DNA from: Xylella taiwanensis
GTDB lineage: Bacteria > Pseudomonadota > Gammaproteobacteria > Xanthomonadales > Xanthomonadaceae
Direction of reading: 5' to 3'
Length of the DNA: 32,000 nt
Assembly: GCF_013177435.1 (NCBI RefSeq)
Contig: NZ_CP053627.1
Location: forward strand, 390,001-422,000
The position numbers and the translations under genes were made by a program. The notes under the pieces were generated by a model. It was not told the origin of the DNA, did not search any database, and saw only the letters and a list, made by a program, of their open reading frames with translations. Of the stretch, positions 1-8,384 are shown in pieces (position 1 is the stretch's first letter; every line of letters begins with the position of its first letter).

Positions 1-657
1 CATGAAGAGCATGCGCATGGTGTGCATGAGCCGCACGAATCGCCCTGGGTGGTGACCTTACCGCTGATCTTGCTGGCGATCCCTTCTATTACGTTGGGCT
101 TCTTCACGATTGGCCCGATGCTGTTTGGTACGGACTGGGCAGGCCATCATGCTGTTGAGGCGATCAGGGGTCAGGCTGTCTCATTCTTTACAGGCATTAT
201 TGATTTTTATGATCCGGCACAGGATCCCGTTGCTATTTTGGGTGAGGACTTCCGTGGACCGGTGGCTTTTGCGTTGCATGGTGTGATGTCGTGGCCATTC
301 TTTCTGACGGTTGCTGGCTTCCTGCTTGCCGTGTTGTTCTATCTGTGGAAGCCGGAATGGCCAGTAAAAATGCGCCAGATCTTTTCGCTACCGGTACGCA
401 TCCTGGAAAACAAGTACGGCTTTGATAGGGTGTGGATTGACGGTTTTGCAGGATGTGGTGTCAAGCTTGGTAAGGTTTCGCGTGCAATCGATATCCATGT
501 GGTGGATGGCGTTTTGGTGAATGGTTCGGCACACCTGATCGGCTTGGTGGCGCGTGTGCTGCGTCGCACGCAATCTGGTTTTGTCTATCACTATGCCTTC
601 GCAATGATCATTGGCTTGATCGCTTTGTTGGCCGTGCTGATGTGTTTTTGGCGTTGA
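1..657 (+). CDS. nuoL: NADH-quinone oxidoreductase subunit L, C-terminal part (5' end outside window)
   Basis: Frame 1 is open from base 1 to the TGA at 655-657; track ORF 22..657 starts at its first Met. Hydrophobic C-terminal tail (WPFFLTVAGFLLAVLFYLW, YHYAFAMIIGLIALLAVL). Sits directly upstream of nuoM and nuoN in the canonical nuo order. Confidence 0.85.
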   Translation, partial: HEEHAHGVHEPHESPWVVTLPLILLAIPSITLGFFTIGPMLFGTDWAGHHAVEAIRGQAVSFFTGIIDFYDPAQDPVAILGEDFRGPVAFALHGVMSWPFFLTVAGFLLAVLFYLWKPEWPVKMRQIFSLPVRILENKYGFDRVWIDGFAGCGVKLGKVSRAIDIHVVDGVLVNGSAHLIGLVARVLRRTQSGFVYHYAFAMIIGLIALLAVLMCFWR

Positions 658-678
658 TCTGTTACGGAATAAGAATAC

Positions 679-2184
679 GTGTCGAACTGCCCTCTACTGT
701 CTATCTTGATTTGGCTGCCGATGATTGGTGGCATCTTGATTCTGGCGTTGCGCAACGCCCATGTTGCTCGTTGGGTAGCATTGGCGGTAGCGCTGGCTAC
801 TTTTGGATTCAGTCTGCAACTGTTGAATGGTTACGATGTTGCTAAAGATGCGTTGCAGTTTGTTGAGCAGCATGTCTGGATCCAAACGTACAGTATTGGT
901 TACAACCTTGGTGTGGACGGTATCGCGGTGGCGCTGATCCTGTTGACCACACTAGTGACGGTATTGGTGTTGATTGGTGCCTGGAGTGCGATCGACAAGC
1001 GTGTACCCCAGTATGTGGCGGCGTTTCTGATTCTTGAAGGTGTGACAATCGGTATTTTCGCGGCGACCGACGCGATGCTGTTCTATGTGTTCTTCGAGGC
1101 GATGCTGATCCCGATGTTCCTGATTATCGGTGTCTGGGGTGGCCCACGTCGGATCTATGCGGCGATCAAGTTTTTTCTTTATACCTTTCTCGGTTCTGTG
1201 TTGATGTTGGTTGGCTTGATCTACCTGTATTTGAAGGGTGGTAGTTTCCAGTTAGTTGATTTGTATGCGATGCAGCTCAGCGCCAAAGAGCAGACGTGGT
1301 TGTTCTTTGCGTTCTTGATTGCTTTCGCGGTCAAGGTGCCGATGTTCCCTGTGCATACTTGGTTGCCGGATGCTCACGTGGAAGCACCCACTGCAGGTTC
1401 GGTGATCCTGGCGGCCATTGCGTTGAAAATTGGTGGTTACGGTTTTTTGCGTTTCAATTTGCCGATTGTTCCGGATGCCAGCCACGAGTTCGCTTGGGTG
1501 GTCATCGCGTTGTCGTTGATTGCAGTGATCTATGTCGGCTTGGTTGCATTGGTGCAGGAGGATATGAAGAAACTGATTGCCTATTCTTCGATTGCGCACA
1601 TGGGCTTTGTGACATTGGGGATCTTCATTGCTTTCACCTTAGTCCGTGACTTTGGTAATACAGATGCGGTACGCCTTGGGCTACAGGGGGCAATGGTGCA
1701 GATGATTTCCCACGGCTTCGTCTCTGGTGCGATGTTTACTTGCATTGGCGTGCTGTACGACCGCATGCATACCCGCCGTATTGCTGATTACGGCGGCGTG
1801 GTTAATGTCATGCCATGGTTTGCGACTTTTGCCATGTTGTTCTATATGGCAAATGCGGGCTTACCGGGAACCAGTGGTTTCGTCGGCGAGTTCATGGTGA
1901 TCCTGGCCAGTTTTCAAAAGCACCCACTGGTGGCTTTTGGCGCAGCGACGACACTGGTGATCACCGCTGCCTACACACTGTGGCTCTACAAGCGCGTGTT
2001 TTTTGGCAATGTGGCTAATACGCATGTGGCCGAATTAAAAGACATTAATATTCGAGAAGCTTCCGTACTCGTGCTGTTCGCGATTGGCGTGCTGGCGTTG
2101 GGTCTGTATCCCAAGCCGCTGACCGATTTGATGGATGTGTCCATCGCTAAGCTCACTACTCAGATTGCCGTGAGCAAGCTGTGA
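679..2184 (+). CDS. nuoM: NADH-quinone oxidoreductase subunit M
   Basis: Track ORF with a GTG start 21 nt after the nuoL stop. 501-aa polytopic protein with NuoM/ND4 antiporter-like motifs (FFEAMLIPMFLIIGVWGG; VKVPMFPVHTWLPDAHVEAPTAGSVILAA). Confidence 0.95.
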   Translation: MSNCPLLSILIWLPMIGGILILALRNAHVARWVALAVALATFGFSLQLLNGYDVAKDALQFVEQHVWIQTYSIGYNLGVDGIAVALILLTTLVTVLVLIGAWSAIDKRVPQYVAAFLILEGVTIGIFAATDAMLFYVFFEAMLIPMFLIIGVWGGPRRIYAAIKFFLYTFLGSVLMLVGLIYLYLKGGSFQLVDLYAMQLSAKEQTWLFFAFLIAFAVKVPMFPVHTWLPDAHVEAPTAGSVILAAIALKIGGYGFLRFNLPIVPDASHEFAWVVIALSLIAVIYVGLVALVQEDMKKLIAYSSIAHMGFVTLGIFIAFTLVRDFGNTDAVRLGLQGAMVQMISHGFVSGAMFTCIGVLYDRMHTRRIADYGGVVNVMPWFATFAMLFYMANAGLPGTSGFVGEFMVILASFQKHPLVAFGAATTLVITAAYTLWLYKRVFFGNVANTHVAELKDINIREASVLVLFAIGVLALGLYPKPLTDLMDVSIAKLTTQIAVSKL

Positions 2185-2218
2185 CCGGCTGCCGCAAGAT
2201 TGATTTCAGGATTCGATA

Positions 2219-3676
2219 ATGAACACGCCGACATCTGCGTTGAACATCGCCGATCTGGCTCCTTTGTTGCCGGAGCTGGTACTTCTCGGTAGTACCTTTG
2301 CCTTGTTGATGATCGATCTGTTTATCAGTCAGGCGCGGAAGGTGTGGACTCATTTTTTCTCGGTTGCGATTTTGGTGGGTGTGTTGTCGATGTTAGTCGC
2401 CGGTGTTGGCGGACAGGGAGATGCTTTCCATGGCATGTTTGTCCGGGATATCGCTGCCGATGTGATGAAAGTGGTGATTGTCTTGGTTAGCGGTCTGAGC
2501 TTGGTTTACGGGTGGAGTTACTTGCGTGAACGCAACCTGTTCCAGGGTGAAATCCCAGTGCTCGTGCTGTTTGCCACCTTGGGCATGATGGTCTTGGTGT
2601 CTGCCGGTCACTTGCTGATGGTCTACCTTGGGCTTGAACTGTTGGCGCTGTGTTCCTATGCGCTGGTTGCGGTCAATCGCGACAGCAGAATTTCGACTGA
2701 AGCAGCAATGAAGTACATCGTGCTTGGTTCGTTGGCTTCTGGTTTGCTGTTATATGGTATGTCGCTGATTTACGGCGCCACTGGCACACTCAATCTGTCC
2801 GGTATCAGCGATGTGATCCATGGTTCCTCGGAAAAGACTTTGCTCTTGACTGGCACGGTGTTTATGATCGCCGGAGTGGCTTTCAAACTTGGTGCTGCGC
2901 CGTTTCATATGTGGTTGCCTGACGTTTACCAAGGGGCACCGACACCGATTGTGCTGTTTATCAGTTCGGCGCCAAAGTTGGCCGCGTTCGGCATGGTTTA
3001 TCGGCTACTGGAAGTGGGTGTCGGTCCATTGGCACCGCAGTGGCGCTTGCTGTTTGGTGGTCTGGCGGCGCTCTCCTTGCTGATCGGTAATCTGATGGCC
3101 ATTGCGCAGACCAACCTCAAGCGGATGCTGGCTTATTCGACGGTCTCCCATGTCGGTTTTTTGATGATGGGTGTGGCTGGTGGTGGCATACGCGGTTATT
3201 CCTCAGCCATGTTCTATGTGCTGAGTTACGCCATGATGTCTACTGCTGCGTTCGGTGCGATCATTGCACTGTCACGTCGTGGTTTCGAGGCGGAGAACAT
3301 CGACGATTTTAAAGGGCTGAGCGTGCGCAATCCTTGGATGGCGGGTCTGGTCCTATGTGTGATGGCTTCGTTAGCGGGTATTCCGCCCTTCTTAGGATTC
3401 TGGACTAAATTGGCTGTGCTCGGTGCCGCCGTCCAGGGCCACATGCTGTGGCTGGCGATCCTGGGGGTGATGTGTGCAGTGATTGGTGCTTATTACTATC
3501 TTCGGGTGATCAAAGTGATGTATTTCGACGAGCCGGTCGGTGAGCCGCTGCCGGTTAACGATGATCGTGTCCTGGGGGCGATACTAGGTATCAATGTGTT
3601 CGCCCTGTTGGCTTTAGGGATCCTTTGGAATCCGATCATCGATTGGTGTCAGAAGGCATTCGCGCATCTGGCCTGA
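2219..3676 (+). CDS. nuoN: NADH-quinone oxidoreductase subunit N
   Basis: Track ORF encoding a 485-aa polytopic protein with NuoN/ND2 motifs (FKLGAAPFHMWLPDVYQGAPTP; LKRMLAYSTVSHVGF). Last gene of the nuo cluster. Confidence 0.95.
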   Translation: MNTPTSALNIADLAPLLPELVLLGSTFALLMIDLFISQARKVWTHFFSVAILVGVLSMLVAGVGGQGDAFHGMFVRDIAADVMKVVIVLVSGLSLVYGWSYLRERNLFQGEIPVLVLFATLGMMVLVSAGHLLMVYLGLELLALCSYALVAVNRDSRISTEAAMKYIVLGSLASGLLLYGMSLIYGATGTLNLSGISDVIHGSSEKTLLLTGTVFMIAGVAFKLGAAPFHMWLPDVYQGAPTPIVLFISSAPKLAAFGMVYRLLEVGVGPLAPQWRLLFGGLAALSLLIGNLMAIAQTNLKRMLAYSTVSHVGFLMMGVAGGGIRGYSSAMFYVLSYAMMSTAAFGAIIALSRRGFEAENIDDFKGLSVRNPWMAGLVLCVMASLAGIPPFLGFWTKLAVLGAAVQGHMLWLAILGVMCAVIGAYYYLRVIKVMYFDEPVGEPLPVNDDRVLGAILGINVFALLALGILWNPIIDWCQKAFAHLA

Positions 3677-3702
3677 AGATTGGGTGCATCTTCTTATTTT
3701 TA
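3675..3702 (+). terminator. Weak terminator-like hairpin plus T-rich tract after nuoN
   Basis: GAAGAT (3675-3680) pairs with ATCTTC (3688-3693) around a 7-nt loop, followed by TTATTTTTA. It overlaps the nuoN stop codon. The stem is short with only 2 GC pairs, so the call is weak. Confidence 0.35.
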
Positions 3703-4035
3703 TTCTATTGGGCTTGATAGAGGTGTGGCCTTGCTTCAGAAAAGTTGTTCTGAAAGCTGTGATCAGGGCAGGCCAGAGTGTGGACGATGAACACTGTTGC
3801 TCCAATCCTTAGATGAGTTGGTTTTAGGGGATCAGTGTTGCTTGGGATTCGATGTCTTCTGTTGGTAGGTATTGCGTGAAACTCCAGGTGGTGCTGGCTT
3901 GAGTGCAGTGCAGTCAGCCGGAAGTCAGCCGTCTGCAAATGGGCTACCTGCAACCTGGGTGGGGACGACGCTTGAGTGTGCAAGCGTAGTAGTAAGGTGA
4001 AGACGTGTTGCTATGGCAGCGATCACGTGTGGCCC

Positions 4036-4776
4036 TTATTCCATGTGTAAGCCCCCGTTGACGGCGTAGTCGGCACCTGTGACGTAGGCGGCTTCGTCTG
4101 AAACCAGCCAGGCGCACAGTGCGGCCACTTCTTCGGCTTTGCCCAAGCGCCGCATCGGTACCGAGTTGGCGAGACGGTCGAGTACGTCGGGGGGGAAACT
4201 GCTGATTGCGGCACTGGCAATATAACCGGGGGAAATAGTATTAACGGTGACGTTGCGGGTAGCGACCTCTTGTGCAAGCGCCCGAGTGAAGCCGTGCATC
4301 GCTGCCTTTGCAGTAGCGTAGTTCACTTGCCCGATTTGACCTTTGTGCGCACTGACCGAACCAATGTTGACGATGCGTCCCCAGTTGCGTGCGGTCATGG
4401 CGTCAATCACTTGTTTGGTGATATTGAACAGTGCATTGAGGTTGCTATTGATCACTGCGTTCCAGTCTTCACGGCCCATTTGTCGGAACAGCATGTCGCG
4501 GCTGCCACCGGCGTTATTGACCAGGACGTCGATCTCGCCGACTTCGGCTTTGACTTTGGCAAAGGCAGATACTGTTGAATCCCAATCAGCAGCATTGCCT
4601 TCGGAGGCGATGAAGTCGAAGCCAAGTTCACGTTGCTCACGAAGCCAGTGGGCTTTGCGAGGCGAGTTCGGACCACAGCCGGCAACCACGGTATGGCCGT
4701 TGCGTGCCAACTTCTGGCAGATTGCAGTGCCGATACTGCCCATGCCGCTGGTGACGTAGGCGATGCGGAGGGTCAT
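4036..4776 (-). CDS. phaB: Acetoacetyl-CoA reductase-like short-chain dehydrogenase (PhaB family)
   Basis: Track ORF 4036..4860 trimmed to the ATG at 4776, which has an AAGGAA Shine-Dalgarno sequence just upstream; the longer form would overlap the upstream gene. 246 aa, nearly collinear with Cupriavidus PhaB as I recall it (RIAYVT.GMG.IGTAICQ, VVAGCGPNSPR, GFDFIASEGN.ADWDST, SPGYI, NGGLHM). Catalytic Ser/Tyr/Lys are present (GSVS...YATAK). Confidence 0.88.
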   Translation of the reverse strand: MTLRIAYVTSGMGSIGTAICQKLARNGHTVVAGCGPNSPRKAHWLREQRELGFDFIASEGNAADWDSTVSAFAKVKAEVGEIDVLVNNAGGSRDMLFRQMGREDWNAVINSNLNALFNITKQVIDAMTARNWGRIVNIGSVSAHKGQIGQVNYATAKAAMHGFTRALAQEVATRNVTVNTISPGYIASAAISSFPPDVLDRLANSVPMRRLGKAEEVAALCAWLVSDEAAYVTGADYAVNGGLHME

Positions 4777-4834
4777 ACGAGATTCCTTGAAGAAATTGAA
4801 AGTAGGCGTGCGGATACTGGATGGAAAGCCAAGT

Positions 4835-6166
4835 TCAGGCGGCCAGTGGGTAAAGTGCAAATAACAGGCTACCGAGCAGCAGCAGCATTGAGATTAACAC
4901 TGCCCATTTCAGGGCGAAACGCTGGTGGTCGCCGAAATCTACTTTGGCAAGCCCGGCGAGCAGATAGGTAGAAGGTACGAGTGGACTCAGCAGATGTACT
5001 GGCTGTCCAGCCAATGAGGCACGTGCCATTTCCAACGGGGTAATACCGTAGTGGCTGGCGGCTTCGGATAGGATCGGCAATACGCCGAAATAGAAAGCAT
5101 CGTTGGACATGAAAAAAGTGAAAGGCATGCTGGCGATGGCAGTAATCACTGCCAAGTATGGTCCCAAGCTGTCTGGGATGAGTGCCAGAAAGCTGCGTGA
5201 CATGGCGTCAACCATTCCAGTGTTTGACAGGATGCCTGTGAAGATGCCTGCAGCGAAAATCAGCGAGACGACCGACAGGACGTTGCCCGCATGATTAACC
5301 ACACGACGGCGTTGTTCTGCCAGGTTTGGATAATTGATCAGCAATGCTAATGCGAAGCCGATCATGAAGAGCACCGGCATCGGCAATATGCTAATCACTA
5401 ATCCGGTCATCAGCGCTACAGTGAGTGCAAAATTCACCCACAGTAGCTTGGGTCGCTTGATATCCTCAGCATCGCCTTCGACGGTGGGTAGTGCATCTTC
5501 CTCGTCGGACACCGTGTTGCCATTCCAAGTACTGCCGCTAGGCAGTTTGGCTACACCCAGACGTTGACGTTCCTTCAGGCCCAGCCACCATGACAGCATC
5601 AGAATGCCGATGATAGCGATGCCCATGGCCGGAATGAGTGGGATGAATATATCGGCTGGATCGACATGCAGCGCAGTGGCTGCGCGCGCGGTTGGGCCAC
5701 CCCATGGTGTCAGGTTCATCACTCCGCCGGCCAGGATGGTCACGCAAGTCAGATTCAGTGCGTTCATACCGAGGCGCTGATATAGCGGCAACATGGCCGA
5801 GACGGTGATCATGTAGGTGGTTGAGCCGTCACCGTCGAGTGAGATCAGCAGAGCCAGGATTGCTGTACCCATGACGATCTTCAGAGGATCGCCTTTGACT
5901 ATGCGTAGGATACGTCGCGCGAGCGGATCGAACAGACCAGCGTCGATCATCACCCCGAAATAAAGAATGGCGAACATCAGCATCACGCCGGTTGGCGCGA
6001 TTTTCTTGATACCTTCAAGCATCATGTCGCTGATGTGGGTGCCGAAGCCGCCGGCCAACGCGAACACGATGGGTACGATGATCAACGAGACCAGCGGCGA
6101 GAGCCGTTTGCTCATGATCAAATACATGAAGGTGATGACCATTCCGAAGCCGAGCACAGTCAGCAT
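4835..6166 (-). CDS. CitMHS-family citrate (metal-citrate) transporter
   Basis: Track ORF 4835..6232 trimmed to the ATG at 6166, with AAGGAA upstream; the protein starts MLTVLGFGMVITFMYLIMSKRLSP. 443-aa polytopic protein with CitM/CitH-like blocks (LISLDGDGSTTYMITVSAMLPLY, NLTPWGGPTARAA). Confidence 0.85.
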   Translation of the reverse strand: MLTVLGFGMVITFMYLIMSKRLSPLVSLIIVPIVFALAGGFGTHISDMMLEGIKKIAPTGVMLMFAILYFGVMIDAGLFDPLARRILRIVKGDPLKIVMGTAILALLISLDGDGSTTYMITVSAMLPLYQRLGMNALNLTCVTILAGGVMNLTPWGGPTARAATALHVDPADIFIPLIPAMGIAIIGILMLSWWLGLKERQRLGVAKLPSGSTWNGNTVSDEEDALPTVEGDAEDIKRPKLLWVNFALTVALMTGLVISILPMPVLFMIGFALALLINYPNLAEQRRRVVNHAGNVLSVVSLIFAAGIFTGILSNTGMVDAMSRSFLALIPDSLGPYLAVITAIASMPFTFFMSNDAFYFGVLPILSEAASHYGITPLEMARASLAGQPVHLLSPLVPSTYLLAGLAKVDFGDHQRFALKWAVLISMLLLLGSLLFALYPLAA

Positions 6167-6298
6167 GGAGAATTTCCTTGGAATGTTGCAGGTGGGAGAC
6201 GGTAGCATGCCGTTATGGTGCGTGTGTCGCACCTACTACGGCGTAGCGTTCGGCTATTAGTGGGTATTTTGACGTATGTGTTGGTGCTGTGGGGCATG

Positions 6299-7495
6299 CT
6301 AGAAGTCGTAATGCAAACGCCCGGTGATCGCCCGGGTATGGTCTAACGTGGTGCCGGCCAGATGGTCGCGATTATGGCTGTCGATCAGGTTCAGCATCAG
6401 ACGCAGGTTAGGCTTGAGATACCAGTTTGCTCCCAGTGTCCAAGAAGCGGTGGAGACGTTGAGGAAATCGGGTTGGCTGTTGCGGTGCTGGGTGCCCCAC
6501 ATGCGATCATAGCGTAGTGCCAATTCTAATGCTCCACGTGGATGATGCAGCGCTTTGATTCGTGTGAATCGTCCATTCTTGCGGTCGTAAGCACGGGATT
6601 CACCCGTTACGAACCAACTGACAAAGCCATAGGCGGATTGCACTGTAGCGCGTTGCATGCCGTCGTCGAATATGCCGCCGATATACTCACTTTGCCATGA
6701 CAGTGGTCCGCGCACTTGCGCGTATTCCAGTGCCCATTTGTTTACTTTGGTATCGCGACCATCGGCGAAGCGTGCCAGTGTCACGCGACTGTTATCGGAG
6801 AGATGCCCAGCCGGGCGTGGGCGGATGCTTAACGCGGTCATACCGTCACTGCCGGGATGATCGTAACGCTCGTGTGCCAGAGACAAACCAAGATGCAGCA
6901 CGTCGCCTTCTCGTACTCCCGGTGACCAAGTCCCACGGCCACCGAACGCGCGTCCGTTCACGTTGGAGACATCGATGCTATCCAGGCTGTAGGCGCTCAC
7001 CTCCCAGGTGGTGTTCTGGCGAGCGGCTTGCCATGACACCGCCTTGTGATACTGCGGTGCTAGTGTATTGGCCGCTCCACTACGTTCCAGGAATTGCCCG
7101 TAGTCAGAGCCGGTGCGATCGTCCAGGCTGAAGTACTGTTTGAACTGCCCGATGGTCAGTGTGCCGGTCTCACCAAAGCGGCGTCTGAGATACACATCCT
7201 TAATGTCGATGTTTTTGCTTTTGAATGCGTCCTGCAATTGGGTGAAATCACCTTCGATCTTGTAGTCGAAGGCGAAAAATTGACCAGTGACATCCAGCCA
7301 GAACCTGCGGATCTCGGTATCGTTACGATTTGGAGGCCCGCGATCATCGTTGTCGAATCGGGCAAAATCCAAGTGAAGGCGGCCCCCTAATTTGGCAGTG
7401 ACAGTGCGGTCACTGCCATCAGCCGCGTGGGCGGTGGAGGCGGCTAAGCTCAGCAGTAGGTAGATAAAAATAGTGTGCAGGCGTCGCATCGCCAC
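6299..7495 (-). CDS. Phosphate-selective porin O/P family outer-membrane porin (copy 1)
   Basis: 398 aa. Signal peptide MAMRRLHTIFIYLLLSLAASTAHA. Alternating beta-strand pattern, Porin_O_P-like blocks (LGGRLHLDF, GQFKQYFSLD, LGANWYLKPNLRLMLN) and a C-terminal HYDF with terminal Phe typical of beta-barrel outer-membrane proteins. Confidence 0.8.
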   Translation of the reverse strand: MAMRRLHTIFIYLLLSLAASTAHAADGSDRTVTAKLGGRLHLDFARFDNDDRGPPNRNDTEIRRFWLDVTGQFFAFDYKIEGDFTQLQDAFKSKNIDIKDVYLRRRFGETGTLTIGQFKQYFSLDDRTGSDYGQFLERSGAANTLAPQYHKAVSWQAARQNTTWEVSAYSLDSIDVSNVNGRAFGGRGTWSPGVREGDVLHLGLSLAHERYDHPGSDGMTALSIRPRPAGHLSDNSRVTLARFADGRDTKVNKWALEYAQVRGPLSWQSEYIGGIFDDGMQRATVQSAYGFVSWFVTGESRAYDRKNGRFTRIKALHHPRGALELALRYDRMWGTQHRNSQPDFLNVSTASWTLGANWYLKPNLRLMLNLIDSHNRDHLAGTTLDHTRAITGRLHYDF

Positions 7496-7573
7496 ATACC
7501 CTCCTATGTGTTGTGTGGTGTGTAAAACTTGGGCAAAACCCCAAGTGAATGCATGCAGGTTAGGGGGGCGAAG

Positions 7574-7591
7574 CTGTCATCGACCTGTCAA
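7574..7591 (+). promoter_or_regulatory. Pho-box-like direct repeat (candidate OmpR/PhoB-family binding site)
   Basis: CTGTCATcgacCTGTCAA: CTGTCA hexamers start at 7574 and 7585, giving 11-bp phasing. It lies in the 199-bp divergent region between the porin gene and the response-regulator gene. It resembles the E. coli Pho box (CTGTCAT, 4-bp spacer, CTGTCAT). No convincing -10 follows at the expected distance. Confidence 0.35.
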
Positions 7592-7694
7592 TGACTCTGA
7601 TGCACGGACAGACATTGCACATGAAGATCGATGGGTGACTGCGTTGAGATGCGACCGCTGGTCTTTATAACCTGCTTGGATGTGATGAGATTCG

Positions 7695-8384
7695 ATGCGC
7701 TTATTGTTGGTTGAGGACAATGCTGATCTTGCTGATGCGATTGTACGGCGCATGCGCCGTAACGGGCATGCGGTGGACTGGCAGTGCGATGGCTTGGCGG
7801 CTGCTGGGGTGTTGCGCTACCAGCGTTTTGACTTGGTGGTGTTGGATATTGGGTTGCCCAATTTGGATGGGTTGCAGTTGCTGAATGAGTTGCGTAGGCG
7901 TGGCGACACTACACCGGTGCTGATGCTGACGGCGCGCGATGCCATTGAAGATCGCGTGTGTGCGTTGGATGTCGGTGCCGATGATTACTTGAGCAAACCA
8001 TTCGACTTCCGTGAGTTCGAGGCGCGTTGCCGTGTCTTGTTGCGTCGTAATCGTGGCAATGCTAGCGAAGTGCTGCGGATTGGCGGTTTTGAGTTCGATA
8101 ATGCGGCGCATCGCATCAGTTTGAATGGTGAATCGATCAAGTTGCCCAATCGGGAGTACCGTCTTCTGGAGATTTTGATTGGTAGGCTGGGTCACATGGT
8201 GGGTAAAGACGAGATTGGTAACAGCTTGTTCAACTTTGACGACAATGCCGGGCCGAATGCGATTGAGCTTTATGTGGCGCGGTTGCGTAAGAAGCTGGAA
8301 GCTGCACCGCTGCGTATCGTCACGGTGCGTGGTGCAGGCTATCTCCTCGAACCGATTGTCGAGGATTTAGGGAATGAGGCGTGA
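7695..8384 (+). CDS. OmpR/PhoB-family response regulator (TctD-like)
   Basis: 229 aa. Receiver domain (MRLLLVEDN, DLVVLDIGLP, SKPF) plus a winged-helix output domain (LPNREYRLLEIL, IELYVARLRKKL, TVRGAGY). Confidence 0.92.
   Translation: MRLLLVEDNADLADAIVRRMRRNGHAVDWQCDGLAAAGVLRYQRFDLVVLDIGLPNLDGLQLLNELRRRGDTTPVLMLTARDAIEDRVCALDVGADDYLSKPFDFREFEARCRVLLRRNRGNASEVLRIGGFEFDNAAHRISLNGESIKLPNREYRLLEILIGRLGHMVGKDEIGNSLFNFDDNAGPNAIELYVARLRKKLEAAPLRIVTVRGAGYLLEPIVEDLGNEA

Noticed and set aside
4777-4860. Long N-terminal extensions offered by the ORF track (4777-4860, 6167-6232, 15815-15874, 22059-22211, 23905-24051, 26970-27089, 31049-31171)
   Set aside because: In each case an internal ATG gives an N-terminus matching the known family start or a signal peptide, usually with a better Shine-Dalgarno sequence. 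The long form would overlap the neighbouring gene or its promoter.
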